48,826 nucleotides of DNA from a virus, in the IMG/VR virus record IMGVR_UViG_3300042691_051905, one strand, 5' to 3'. Shown here piece by piece: positions 16,005 through 24,597 of the stretch. The notes below the pieces were generated by a model. It worked only from the letters and a program-made list of their open reading frames with translations, was not told the origin of the DNA and ran no database searches. Positions within the stretch are counted from its first letter, which is position 1. Each line of letters begins with the position of its first letter. The translations under genes and the position numbers were made by a program.

Positions 16005-17957
16005 ATGGCGACCGTTGTGCGCGCTGAAGCGAAGATCACCGCGCAGAACGCCCTGCGCCCGGGCATCAATTCGGCGATCAACGACCTGAGGCGGTTCAAG
16101 CAGGCCTCCGAGCAGCTTGGAAAGGCGCGGGCCTTTGAAGAGCGCATGGCCGGCATTGGCAACGCGATGAAGGCGGCCGCGGCCGGTTTTGCCGCCTATC
16201 AGGTGGTGGAACAGGCCAGGCGCGCCTTGACCGACTTCGCCCGGCTCGACCGCGACATGACGCGCATCGGCATCACCGGCGATAATGCCTCGCCGGAGGA
16301 AATCGCCAAGGGCCTTGGCGAAATGCGCCGGCTTGCGGTTGAAACGGCCATGCCGATCAACAAGCTGAAGGACGGCATGGAGGCTCTGACGGCCTCCGGC
16401 GAAAGCTTCCAGCGCTCGATGGAAATGCTGCCCTCGATCACGCGCACCGCGCAGGCCTCCGGCGCGGCCACCGGCGACATCGCCAATACCACGCAGGCGA
16501 TGACACGCCATCTCGGCATCCAGATCAGGGATCTGGAAGCCGCGCAGGACATGATCACCCGCGGCGGCGAACTGGGTGAGTTTGAACTGAAGGACATGGC
16601 CCGCTACCTGCCGAGCATGGCTCCGGCCGCGAAAGCGGTTGGCATGGAGGGCAAGAAGGGTCTCGCCTATATGGTGGCGATGCTCCAGGTGATCCGCGCG
16701 GGCACCGGCACGGCCGAGGAGGCTGCGGCAAGCGCGAACAACATCTTCCAGAAGATGGAAAGCGAGGAGACGGCCGGCAAGTTCAAGAAGATGGGCGTCG
16801 ATCTGCGCAAGGAAATGGCCGCCGCGCGCAAGAATGGCGAGAACCTCATTGATGCCTTTGTCAGGCTTTCCGAGAAAGCCCTCAAGGGCGACATGTCCAA
16901 ATTGCCGCAATTGTTCTCCGATCAGGAATTCGCGCGCGGTATACGCGCCCTGCTCAATGGATATGGCAAGCTTCCGGGCCTGATCGAGAAGATCAACAAC
17001 AGCCAGGGCGCGGTTGCGAACAACCTCAAGCGGATCACCACCGACACGCAGGCCACGCTGGACCGGCTTTCCGAATCTGGCGACCGCGCCCGGCAGGCGG
17101 CCGGCGCGCTTTTGGCCGATCTTGCATCGCCCAACCTCGCCAATGCGGCCGATAACCTGCAATCCATGGCGACCTCCATGGAGCGCATGCGCGCCGCCGC
17201 GAAGGATGGCGGCATTCTGGGTGCGATCGGCCAGGGCGTGAAAGACTACCGGGAAGCGTTGGATCGCGACTTGGCCAAGCGCCGGGATGTATTTCAGCGC
17301 GGGGCCGACGAAACCACGCTTGCCGACATGCCGGGACGGCTCGCCCTGACCAACCAACATGCGGGCCGCCATATCCGCGTCAACCAGGACGCCATTCGCA
17401 AGCTGGAGGCGATGCCGCAAAGCGCGGACCGTGACCAGAAGCTTGCAACCCTGCGCCGAAACCTTGCGGGCTGGCAGCAATCGGCCGGCGCAACACCGGA
17501 AGAACTGGCCGCACTCTCCCGAGAAATCGGGCGGTCGATTGCGGACGGCGTTGACGCGTTCAACAAAGACCCGGCGAACAGGGGGTCTACCCTGTTCGGC
17601 ATGACCGGTGCGCATGTGGCGGATTTCGCAAGAATTCGCGAGATGGCGCACCACATGCAGGATCGCGCGCCGCGCTTCTCGAGACCGTTGCCCGGCCTGC
17701 CCATTCCGCCTGAGCGGAAGAACAGACCCGGCTCTTTCGACGTGGCGCCGCTCGACGACGCAGTCACCAAGGTCGAGGCAGTAAAAAACACTCTGGATGA
17801 TGTAGCTGCGGCGGCAAAAACGCCGGGCCCGGCTCTCGCGGCCTCGGTCAAAACCGGAGTCGATCAGGCAATTGCCGATCTTGAGCGGCTGAATTCGGCA
17901 ATGCGCGGCATCGGCCGGGGCTTCCCCACCGGCCGAACCATGAGTGAGGTGGAGTGA
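16005..17957 (+). CDS. Tail tape measure protein
   Basis: 650 aa, Ala-rich and helical. The core MARYLPSMAPAAKAVGMEGKKGLAYMVAMLQVIRAGTGTAEEAAASANNIFQKM is typical of tape-measure core regions. Confidence 0.9.
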   Translation: MATVVRAEAKITAQNALRPGINSAINDLRRFKQASEQLGKARAFEERMAGIGNAMKAAAAGFAAYQVVEQARRALTDFARLDRDMTRIGITGDNASPEEIAKGLGEMRRLAVETAMPINKLKDGMEALTASGESFQRSMEMLPSITRTAQASGAATGDIANTTQAMTRHLGIQIRDLEAAQDMITRGGELGEFELKDMARYLPSMAPAAKAVGMEGKKGLAYMVAMLQVIRAGTGTAEEAAASANNIFQKMESEETAGKFKKMGVDLRKEMAAARKNGENLIDAFVRLSEKALKGDMSKLPQLFSDQEFARGIRALLNGYGKLPGLIEKINNSQGAVANNLKRITTDTQATLDRLSESGDRARQAAGALLADLASPNLANAADNLQSMATSMERMRAAAKDGGILGAIGQGVKDYREALDRDLAKRRDVFQRGADETTLADMPGRLALTNQHAGRHIRVNQDAIRKLEAMPQSADRDQKLATLRRNLAGWQQSAGATPEELAALSREIGRSIADGVDAFNKDPANRGSTLFGMTGAHVADFARIREMAHHMQDRAPRFSRPLPGLPIPPERKNRPGSFDVAPLDDAVTKVEAVKNTLDDVAAAAKTPGPALAASVKTGVDQAIADLERLNSAMRGIGRGFPTGRTMSEVE

Positions 17958-18167
17958 TCAGTCCTTCTCGGGTTGAAGGCCGAGGGCGGAAAGCAGCAAA
18001 CGGCGAACCGCCTCGGGGCGGCCCGGCTTCGGCTCGGGCTGCCTCTCGATCCACGCATCCAGCGCGGAGAGAAGGCGGGGCTGCAACCGCAACCCTATGA
18101 GTTCGCCCGTGCCGGTGGCCGGGCGCCCTCGCCGTTTTTTGTTATCAGAAATGTCTTGATCGCTCAT
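17958..18167 (-). CDS. Ribbon-helix-helix DNA-binding protein (Mnt/Arc/CopG-like)
   Basis: 69 aa (KKRRGRPATGTGELIGLRLQPRLLSALDAWIERQ...RPEAVRRLLL). It lies on the opposite strand inside the tail operon. Its stop abuts the tape-measure stop with zero spacing. Confidence 0.65.
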   Translation of the reverse strand: MSDQDISDNKKRRGRPATGTGELIGLRLQPRLLSALDAWIERQPEPKPGRPEAVRRLLLSALGLQPEKD

Positions 18168-18256
18168 AGAATTTGAGTTATCAAAAAATCAGGCCGATGG
18201 GAAGCGCCAACTTCCGCACCGGCCTTAACCGCAACGGATCATCTGAGGATCACGTC

Positions 18257-18541
18257 ATGGCTGACAAGCCGAATACCACATTCACGCCCTCGCGGCGATA
18301 CCTGCTGGCAGGCGCTGCCCTGCTGGCGGCTCCGGTTCCGGCGATTGCCGTTGAAAAGCCGGTGAACCTCGAGGCCTATCTCGGGTTTCTGCAAGCCGAG
18401 GTGCGCAACACCTTGCGCGCCATGGGCATGGGGGAAACCGAGCGCGACATGCCGGTGTGCTGGTGCCCGCCTGCCCCTGCCCTCAACGGCACGGTGCAAA
18501 GCCGGGCGCGTGCCATCCTCGCCCGCGAGGTGCTGGCATGA
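18257..18541 (+). CDS. Small exported protein (twin-arginine-like signal)
   Basis: 94 aa from ATG 18257 with a GAGGAT RBS. The N-terminal SRRYLLAGAALLAAPVPAIA looks like a Tat/Sec signal. Its stop overlaps the next ATG (ATGA). Confidence 0.5.
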   Translation: MADKPNTTFTPSRRYLLAGAALLAAPVPAIAVEKPVNLEAYLGFLQAEVRNTLRAMGMGETERDMPVCWCPPAPALNGTVQSRARAILAREVLA

Positions 18542-19443
18542 GCGCGCTCCAGACCTTCGATTTCGAAACCAACGCCGTGCGCGCGCTGATGCGCGACGAG
18601 GTGCCGTGGTTCGTGGCCGCTGATGTGTGCCGCGCGCTGGGCCTGACCAATCCGACCGAGGCGCTGAAGGCGCTCGATGAGGATGAGAGGGCTAAGTTGA
18701 ACTTAGGGGTGGTCGGCAAAGAGACGAACATCATTTCGGAGTCCGGCCTTTACACGCTGATCCTGCGCAGCCGCGATGCGGTGAAGGCGGGGACTGTGGC
18801 GCACCGCTTCCGCAAGTGGGTGACGGCGGAGGTTCTGCCGAGCATCCGCCTCACGGGCGGTTACCAGATGCCCGAGCCGGAATTGCCGGGCTCGGAGCAT
18901 GAGCGCATCTGGGGCAACACGGTCGGCAAGATCAACGCTGCGGCGCGCATGCTTGGCGTGGTGAAAGACCTTTACGGGGTCGAGGCAGCCCGCGCGCTTT
19001 ACGAGCGCGAAAAGGGCCTGCCGAAGATCCGCAAGTTCTCGGTGGTGGCCACCGAGGAAAACCCGACCACGAACCCCGGTGGCGCGCTGCGGCGCTTGCT
19101 GCGCTCGGCTGCGGGCAATGGCCAGACCATCAGCCACATGCTCACGCTGGCGATGCGCGATCAGGTGGCTGCGCGCCGGCTCTCGGAATATGGCCTTCTG
19201 GCGCAAGCCGGGCCGGCCAAGAGTTATGTGGCGATTGCCAATGAGCATCGGTTTCTGGCTTCGGTGTTCGCCGGCACGCCTTGGCAAAAGGAATGGCGCT
19301 GCGCCTTCCTGCTGCTCGACGGTGCAGAGACGGCCCGCACGAAACAAAGTTTCGGCGAGGTCAAGACCAGCGCGGTTTATGTGCCGCATGTCACCATTCT
19401 GAAGTTCCTCAACCATGCGGAGGCGGAAACCCTGCCTCCGTAA
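18538..19443 (+). CDS. Bro-N domain protein (prophage antirepressor family)
   Basis: 301 aa. MSALQTFDFETNAVRALMRDEVPWFVAADVCRALGLTNPTEALKALDEDE...ISESGLYTLILRSR matches the Bro-N/antirepressor N-terminal domain. Confidence 0.8.
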   Translation: MSALQTFDFETNAVRALMRDEVPWFVAADVCRALGLTNPTEALKALDEDERAKLNLGVVGKETNIISESGLYTLILRSRDAVKAGTVAHRFRKWVTAEVLPSIRLTGGYQMPEPELPGSEHERIWGNTVGKINAAARMLGVVKDLYGVEAARALYEREKGLPKIRKFSVVATEENPTTNPGGALRRLLRSAAGNGQTISHMLTLAMRDQVAARRLSEYGLLAQAGPAKSYVAIANEHRFLASVFAGTPWQKEWRCAFLLLDGAETARTKQSFGEVKTSAVYVPHVTILKFLNHAEAETLPP

Positions 19444-19452
19444 GGGGGCGCC

Positions 19453-20631
19453 ATGACCTATGACCAGCTTTCACTTCGCCGCGCCAGCTTCAACGGCATC
19501 CCCTTCTGGGTGCTGACGGGCGATGCGGAAGCCGGCCACCGGGTTTCCACCACGCTCATCCCCGGCGGCGCGCATATCAACGAAAGCTTCGGCCCGGCAG
19601 CCCGGAAATACGAGGTCGAGGCCTATTGCGTCGGCGCCAATGCCTATTCGGCGGATGCCCTGCTCGCCGCGGCGGAAAACCTGCATTTCGGCGCGCTGAT
19701 CCTGCCCGATCAGCCAGCCGCGACGGTTCGCCTCACCAAGGCGCGCCGCCGCTTTGATCGAGACAAGCTCGGCTATCTCGTGGTCTCGCTCGAGGCCGTG
19801 GCCGAACCGGCGGCCCTCGTCGCCGGGCTTTCGGCCTTCGCCTTCGATCAGAGGATCTATGCGCTGGCCGGCGCGGCCGTGCCGCTGGCCGCAGCCCTTG
19901 CCTCCGGTTTCGTCACAACCCTCCCGGCCGCGCAAGAAGCCGCGAGCGATGCCGCCGCCTCGGTGGTGGCCGATCTCTCGGCTGTTGCCACATTGGGCCG
20001 GCTGGACCCGCCGGCGGCCGCGAAGGTCGCCGCCGCGCTCGATCTTGCGCTTGCGGCCCTTCCCGGCCTGCAGGCACAGCCTGAAATTTTCGGCCGCGCG
20101 CTGGCGGATGCCGCAATCGTGCTTGGCGATGAAAGCGAGCCTTCGCGCCTCGCGGAATCCCTGCGCCTCCTGGGCGCGCCGCAAGCTGTTGCCGGGGTCG
20201 AGAATGTCTCGCAGGTCGGTCGCGCCATTGCCGCGATTGACGCCAATGCCCCGCGGATGATCGGCGCTTTGCGCGCTCTCGCGATGGGGCAATCCCAGGC
20301 CCGCGCCGAATGGGTGGACCGCCCGGCGGCGGAAGCCGCGCGGGCTTTGGCCTCCGCGGTTTTCGAAGACGCGCTTTCCCGCCTGGGGCGGGAAGGTCTG
20401 CCCCTGCACCGCGCCCTTTCACAATTGCGCGGTGTGGTAACGGAGCGCGCAACGGCCCGCGCGGCCTCCCTTGCGCCCCTGGCGCAGGTCAGTGCCATGC
20501 GCCGCCTGCCCTCTCTCGTGTGGTCGTGGAACCTCTACGGCAGCGCCGGAAGGGCCCATGAACTGGTCGCCCGGTCGCGCGCCACGCATCCCGGCTTCCT
20601 GCCGGAACAATTCGAGGCCCTTGCGAGCTGA
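19453..20631 (+). CDS. DNA circulation protein (Mu gpN-like)
   Basis: 392 aa. LRRASFNGIPFWVLTGDAEAGHRVSTTLIPGGAHINESFGPAARKYEVEAYCVG fits the DNA_circ_N pattern. Confidence 0.85.
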   Translation: MTYDQLSLRRASFNGIPFWVLTGDAEAGHRVSTTLIPGGAHINESFGPAARKYEVEAYCVGANAYSADALLAAAENLHFGALILPDQPAATVRLTKARRRFDRDKLGYLVVSLEAVAEPAALVAGLSAFAFDQRIYALAGAAVPLAAALASGFVTTLPAAQEAASDAAASVVADLSAVATLGRLDPPAAAKVAAALDLALAALPGLQAQPEIFGRALADAAIVLGDESEPSRLAESLRLLGAPQAVAGVENVSQVGRAIAAIDANAPRMIGALRALAMGQSQARAEWVDRPAAEAARALASAVFEDALSRLGREGLPLHRALSQLRGVVTERATARAASLAPLAQVSAMRRLPSLVWSWNLYGSAGRAHELVARSRATHPGFLPEQFEALAS

Positions 20632-20634
20632 TCC

Positions 20635-21747
20635 ATGCCCTTCGAGGTCATCACCATCGCGGCGGGCGGAATAGAGTTGCGCCCGATCACCTTCGCGCTC
20701 AACGTCTCCCGCAAGGAAACCGCGCGAAGCTTCGATGCGAAGATCAAGCACCCGTTTCTGGGCCAGCGTGAGCTTCTCGATACCCTGGCCGGCTCGCCGC
20801 CCTGCACCATCCATGCCCGGGCATCCGATGGAATTTCATCACTCGGGCCGGGCTCCGGCGGTGATCTGCTGCTGACGGGCCATGTCGAAAGGCGAAGCCC
20901 GCGCATTGCCGGCGACGAAAGGGATCTTTCGATCTCCGGCCGCTCGAAGACCGGTGACCTTGTGGATTCGAGCCACGACCACAAGACCGGCGAAATGCGC
21001 GACAAGACCGCGCGCGACATGATCAGCGAATTGGCCGAACCTTTCGGCATTTCGGTGGAAACCGACGCCACCTTGCCAAAGCGCAAGCTGGCGCGGCTGC
21101 GCCCGGGCGAAAGCATCTTTACCTTCGCCGAGCGCCTGGCACGCGTTGACCGTGTCGGGATCACCGATACGCCGGAGGGCAACCTGAAGCTTGCCGGCCC
21201 GCCGCAGGAAATGCATGCCGGCGCGATCATCGATGGCGCGGCATGGCCTGCCATCGTGGACGCCTCGGCCACGCTCGATGAATCGAAGCGGTTCTCGCAA
21301 TACAAGATCAGGGCGCAGGCACCGGACGGCTTCGCGCCGGCCGAGCTCGAGATCGAGCAGCAGGCGCGCGATTCCGGCGTCTCCCGCCCCCGGTTGCGCG
21401 TCATCACCCCGCCCGAGCAGATCAGCCGGGACGAGGCCCGCGCCCGCGCCCGGCATCACCGGGATCGCGCGGCGGGTCGCGGAACCTCGGTCAGTGTCAC
21501 GGTGGTGGGCTGGCGCGATGTTGCCGGCACGCTCTGGACGCCGGGCCGGCTCATTCCCGTGAGCCTGCACGATCTTGGCGTCGAGCAATTGATGATGCTG
21601 GAATCGGTTGCCTTCAAGCAGGGCGACAAAACCACCGCCACGCTTGAACTGGTGGACCCCCGCGCCCATGGCGGCGAGGGCGGCAAGGGTGGGAAAAGCG
21701 CGGGCGGCTTCGAGCTCAAGGGCGCCGGTGGCGACGACAGGGGTTGA
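20635..21747 (+). CDS. Baseplate hub/tail protein (Mu gpP-like)
   Basis: 370 aa. Called from its position between the gpN-like and gp45-like genes in Mu-type order. Confidence 0.7.
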   Translation: MPFEVITIAAGGIELRPITFALNVSRKETARSFDAKIKHPFLGQRELLDTLAGSPPCTIHARASDGISSLGPGSGGDLLLTGHVERRSPRIAGDERDLSISGRSKTGDLVDSSHDHKTGEMRDKTARDMISELAEPFGISVETDATLPKRKLARLRPGESIFTFAERLARVDRVGITDTPEGNLKLAGPPQEMHAGAIIDGAAWPAIVDASATLDESKRFSQYKIRAQAPDGFAPAELEIEQQARDSGVSRPRLRVITPPEQISRDEARARARHHRDRAAGRGTSVSVTVVGWRDVAGTLWTPGRLIPVSLHDLGVEQLMMLESVAFKQGDKTTATLELVDPRAHGGEGGKGGKSAGGFELKGAGGDDRG

Positions 21748-21749
21748 GC

Positions 21750-22241
21750 ATGTTCCGCGATGCCAATGCGCTGACCCGCGCCCGCCTGACCGCCTTCGAC
21801 GATGGCGGCGAATTCCAGAAGGCGAGCTTCCGCGGCTTTGCCGGTGAAACCTTCACGGATGTCCACCGCATCCAGATGCACGGCTTCTCCTCGCATCCGC
21901 CGAAGGATGCGGTCGGGCTGATGATGCGGATGGGCGAAAGCGACCGGCTTGTCGCCTTCGGCTTTGATACGCCGAACCGCCCGCGCAATCTCGCGGCGGG
22001 TGGAACCGCGATTTACGATCAGCACGGCAACGTGCTGAAAATGGTGAATTCCAGCATTGAACTTTCGGCGCCGGATGTGCCGCTTGTCATCAAGGCGAAG
22101 ACCCTGCGCTTCGAAGGCGATTACGGCGTCATCGAGGCAGGTGCGGGCGGCATTTTCCACAACGGCAAGAATATCGGCGCCACGCACACGCATTCGGGCA
22201 TCGCGCGCGGCGGCGATGATACCGACCCGCCCAATGGCTGA
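21750..22241 (+). CDS. Baseplate spike/assembly protein V (Mu gp45-like)
   Basis: 163 aa from ATG 21750 (the track ORF begins at TTG 21744). The pattern is ..HRIQMHGFSSHPP...AAGGTAIYDQHGN..GATHTHSG. Confidence 0.8.
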   Translation: MFRDANALTRARLTAFDDGGEFQKASFRGFAGETFTDVHRIQMHGFSSHPPKDAVGLMMRMGESDRLVAFGFDTPNRPRNLAAGGTAIYDQHGNVLKMVNSSIELSAPDVPLVIKAKTLRFEGDYGVIEAGAGGIFHNGKNIGATHTHSGIARGGDDTDPPNG

Positions 22242-22249
22242 GGCTTTCC

Positions 22250-22777
22250 ATGACCTACGCGATCCTGCCGCCCGCGCCCGCGCGCTCGCCCAGCCTGTTC
22301 TGGTCGAGTTTCTGGAACGGCGCGGAAGGCCTCGCCGACTGGCGCGTTGTTCCATTGGGGCAAGCCGACAATCCGGGCGGGCTTGATTCGCGCGAGGCGC
22401 TCGCCTCGGCCGTCATCATTTCGCTCTTCACGGATCGGCGGGCCCCGGAGGGCTGGCGCCCGGAAGTCACCGACCGGCGCGGCTATTGGGGGGACGGCGT
22501 GGCCGAGGAGGGCGCGCAGCCCCGCGCGCTCGGCTCGCATCTCTGGCTGCTGCGCAACGAGGTCGCGACCGAGGAAAACGCCGCGCTCGCGCGCCTCTAC
22601 GCGCTCGAGGCCCTGGCCTGGATGACCGAAGAGGCAGTCGTCGCGCGGGTGGATGCCAGCGCCGGGTTGATCGAGAACCCGCGCCGCGGCGTCTGGCTGC
22701 GGATCGATCTTTATGCGCGCGACGGCTCGCGCGTTTTTGCGGAAAAATACGAACGCTTCTGGCAGGAGATGCGCTGA
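22250..22777 (+). CDS. Baseplate protein, Mu gp46 family
   Basis: 175 aa (..ALASAVIISLFTDRRAP...RRGYWGD...GSHLWLL..). Matches the GP46 family pattern and position. Confidence 0.8.
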   Translation: MTYAILPPAPARSPSLFWSSFWNGAEGLADWRVVPLGQADNPGGLDSREALASAVIISLFTDRRAPEGWRPEVTDRRGYWGDGVAEEGAQPRALGSHLWLLRNEVATEENAALARLYALEALAWMTEEAVVARVDASAGLIENPRRGVWLRIDLYARDGSRVFAEKYERFWQEMR

Positions 22778-23883
22778 TGTGGACGACACCGACCCTTCAG
22801 GACATCACCACCGAGGTGATCCGCGGGTTCAATGCCAGCATCAGCGGGGCGGATGCCGCCCTGGCCCGCAATAATCTCTACCCGGTCGCGAAGGTGTTTT
22901 CCGGCCACCTGCACGAATTGCACGGCGCTTTCGATTATGCGGTGCGCCAGCGCTTCGTTCTGACCTGCGACGATGATTTTCTCGACCGGCACGGCGCCGA
23001 GATGAAGCCGGCCGTTCCCCGCAAGCCGCCTTCGCCGGCACAGGGCCTGGCGACCATCCAGGCGACCGGCCCGGCAAGCATCGCGACCGGCGCGGTTCTC
23101 TCCCGCTCGGATGGCGCGCGCTATGTCGTGCAGGCCGGGCTGGTGCTGGCGGGCGCCGGCACGGCAACCCTGAGCCTTGTCGCCGAGGTGGCGGGTGCTG
23201 CCGGCAATACCGGCCCCGGCGCGGTTCTTTCGCCCGCATCCGGCATTACCGGCAGCATCACCGCCGCCGTTGCGGCCGGGGGGCTTGGCGCGGGCGCGGA
23301 TATCGAGGGGGATGAAGCCTATCGCGCCCGGCTCCTGTTCTCGAAGGCCTTCCCCGAACATGCCGGCGCGCCGGCCGATTGGCTGCGCTATACGCTCGCG
23401 GTTCCGGGGGTGACGCGCGCCTATATCGATCCGCTCGCCGCGGGTCGCGGCACGGTGGTCGTCTATCCGTTTTTCGATCTTGCCCGCCCGAATGGCATCC
23501 CGCTGGAGGCGGATCGCCTCGCCGTGGAAACCGCCCTTGCCTCATCCCGTCCGGGCGCCGGCCTGCCGGTGGTGAGGATTGCCGAGCCGGTCGCGGTGAA
23601 TGTGGCAATCTCCGGCCTCACTCCCGCCACCCCGGAGGTGCGCGGCGCGGTGGAAACCGAGATCGCGGCCACCTTCGCGCGGCAATCCCGGCCATCCGGG
23701 CTTTCGCTGGCGCATGGGTCAATGCCCTTTCTTGCCACGCCCACGATCTTCTCCCGCTCATGGATCTGGCAGGCCATCGCCAATGCAAGCGGGGAGGAGC
23801 GCCACACGGTTCTCGCCCCCGTGGCGGATATCCATCCGGCCGAAGGGCAGGTCGCCGTCCCAGGAATCGTGAGCTTCGTCTGA
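22777..23883 (+). CDS. Baseplate J-like protein (Mu gp47-like)
   Basis: 368 aa from ATG 22777 (TGATG overlap with the upstream stop). The N-terminus is MWTTPTLQDITTEVIRGFNASISGADAALARNNLYPVAKV. Confidence 0.85.
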   Translation: MWTTPTLQDITTEVIRGFNASISGADAALARNNLYPVAKVFSGHLHELHGAFDYAVRQRFVLTCDDDFLDRHGAEMKPAVPRKPPSPAQGLATIQATGPASIATGAVLSRSDGARYVVQAGLVLAGAGTATLSLVAEVAGAAGNTGPGAVLSPASGITGSITAAVAAGGLGAGADIEGDEAYRARLLFSKAFPEHAGAPADWLRYTLAVPGVTRAYIDPLAAGRGTVVVYPFFDLARPNGIPLEADRLAVETALASSRPGAGLPVVRIAEPVAVNVAISGLTPATPEVRGAVETEIAATFARQSRPSGLSLAHGSMPFLATPTIFSRSWIWQAIANASGEERHTVLAPVADIHPAEGQVAVPGIVSFV

Positions 23884-24584
23884 TGCCACTCTTCTGCCCC
23901 ACCGATCAACAGGTCGCCCTCTCGGCCGCGGCCTTGCGCCCGCGCGGGGATGCCTGGCGCCATGGCGGCTTTGATGCGCTGGAAGGCTCGACCATGGGCC
24001 GGTTCTTCGGCGGCCTTGGCCGGGCCGCGGGGCCGACCCATCGCCGCCTTTGCGATATGGTCGATGAGTTCTTCTGCTCGACCGCGAGCGAGACCAGCGA
24101 TCTCTGGCAGTTGGAATATGGCCTGCCCGATGCATGCGGGCCCTTCCTTTCGGCCTGCGAGAAAGCCAACGCGGTCGGCGACAGCACGGCGCTCTATGCC
24201 ATCGGCGTTGCCGCCGCGCGGGGGTGGAGCATCGCCATCGCCGAGCAATGGATAACGAATGTCGAGGATTGCGCCTGCGGCCTGGGCCTTGCCGGAACCA
24301 TGATCGCGGGCGCGGAAAACGGCGTGGCCTGGGAGGTGACGGTCGATCTCGACGCCTCTCCATCCTATGTGCCGAGCGGCCTTAGCCCGCCGCTGATGGG
24401 GCTTCTCCTGCCCGGCGACCAGCTGAATTGCGACGAGGAACTCTCCGCCATCCGCTGCATCCTGCGGCTGATCGCGCCGGCTCATGCCGATCTCGTCCTG
24501 CGGGCAAAGCCCCCGTCTCCCGCCCCGTCTCCGTCTCTCTCCTTCGATGACGGGCGGAACTCGCAATATCTTCCCATGCTCTGA
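23883..24584 (+). CDS. Tail protein, Mu gp48 / DUF2313-like
   Basis: 233 aa from ATG 23883 (TGATG overlap). MPLFCPTDQQVALSAAALRPRGDAW...LWQLEYGLPD is typical of the family. Confidence 0.75.
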   Translation: MPLFCPTDQQVALSAAALRPRGDAWRHGGFDALEGSTMGRFFGGLGRAAGPTHRRLCDMVDEFFCSTASETSDLWQLEYGLPDACGPFLSACEKANAVGDSTALYAIGVAAARGWSIAIAEQWITNVEDCACGLGLAGTMIAGAENGVAWEVTVDLDASPSYVPSGLSPPLMGLLLPGDQLNCDEELSAIRCILRLIAPAHADLVLRAKPPSPAPSPSLSFDDGRNSQYLPML

Positions 24585-24597
24585 GTGAGAAAATCCC

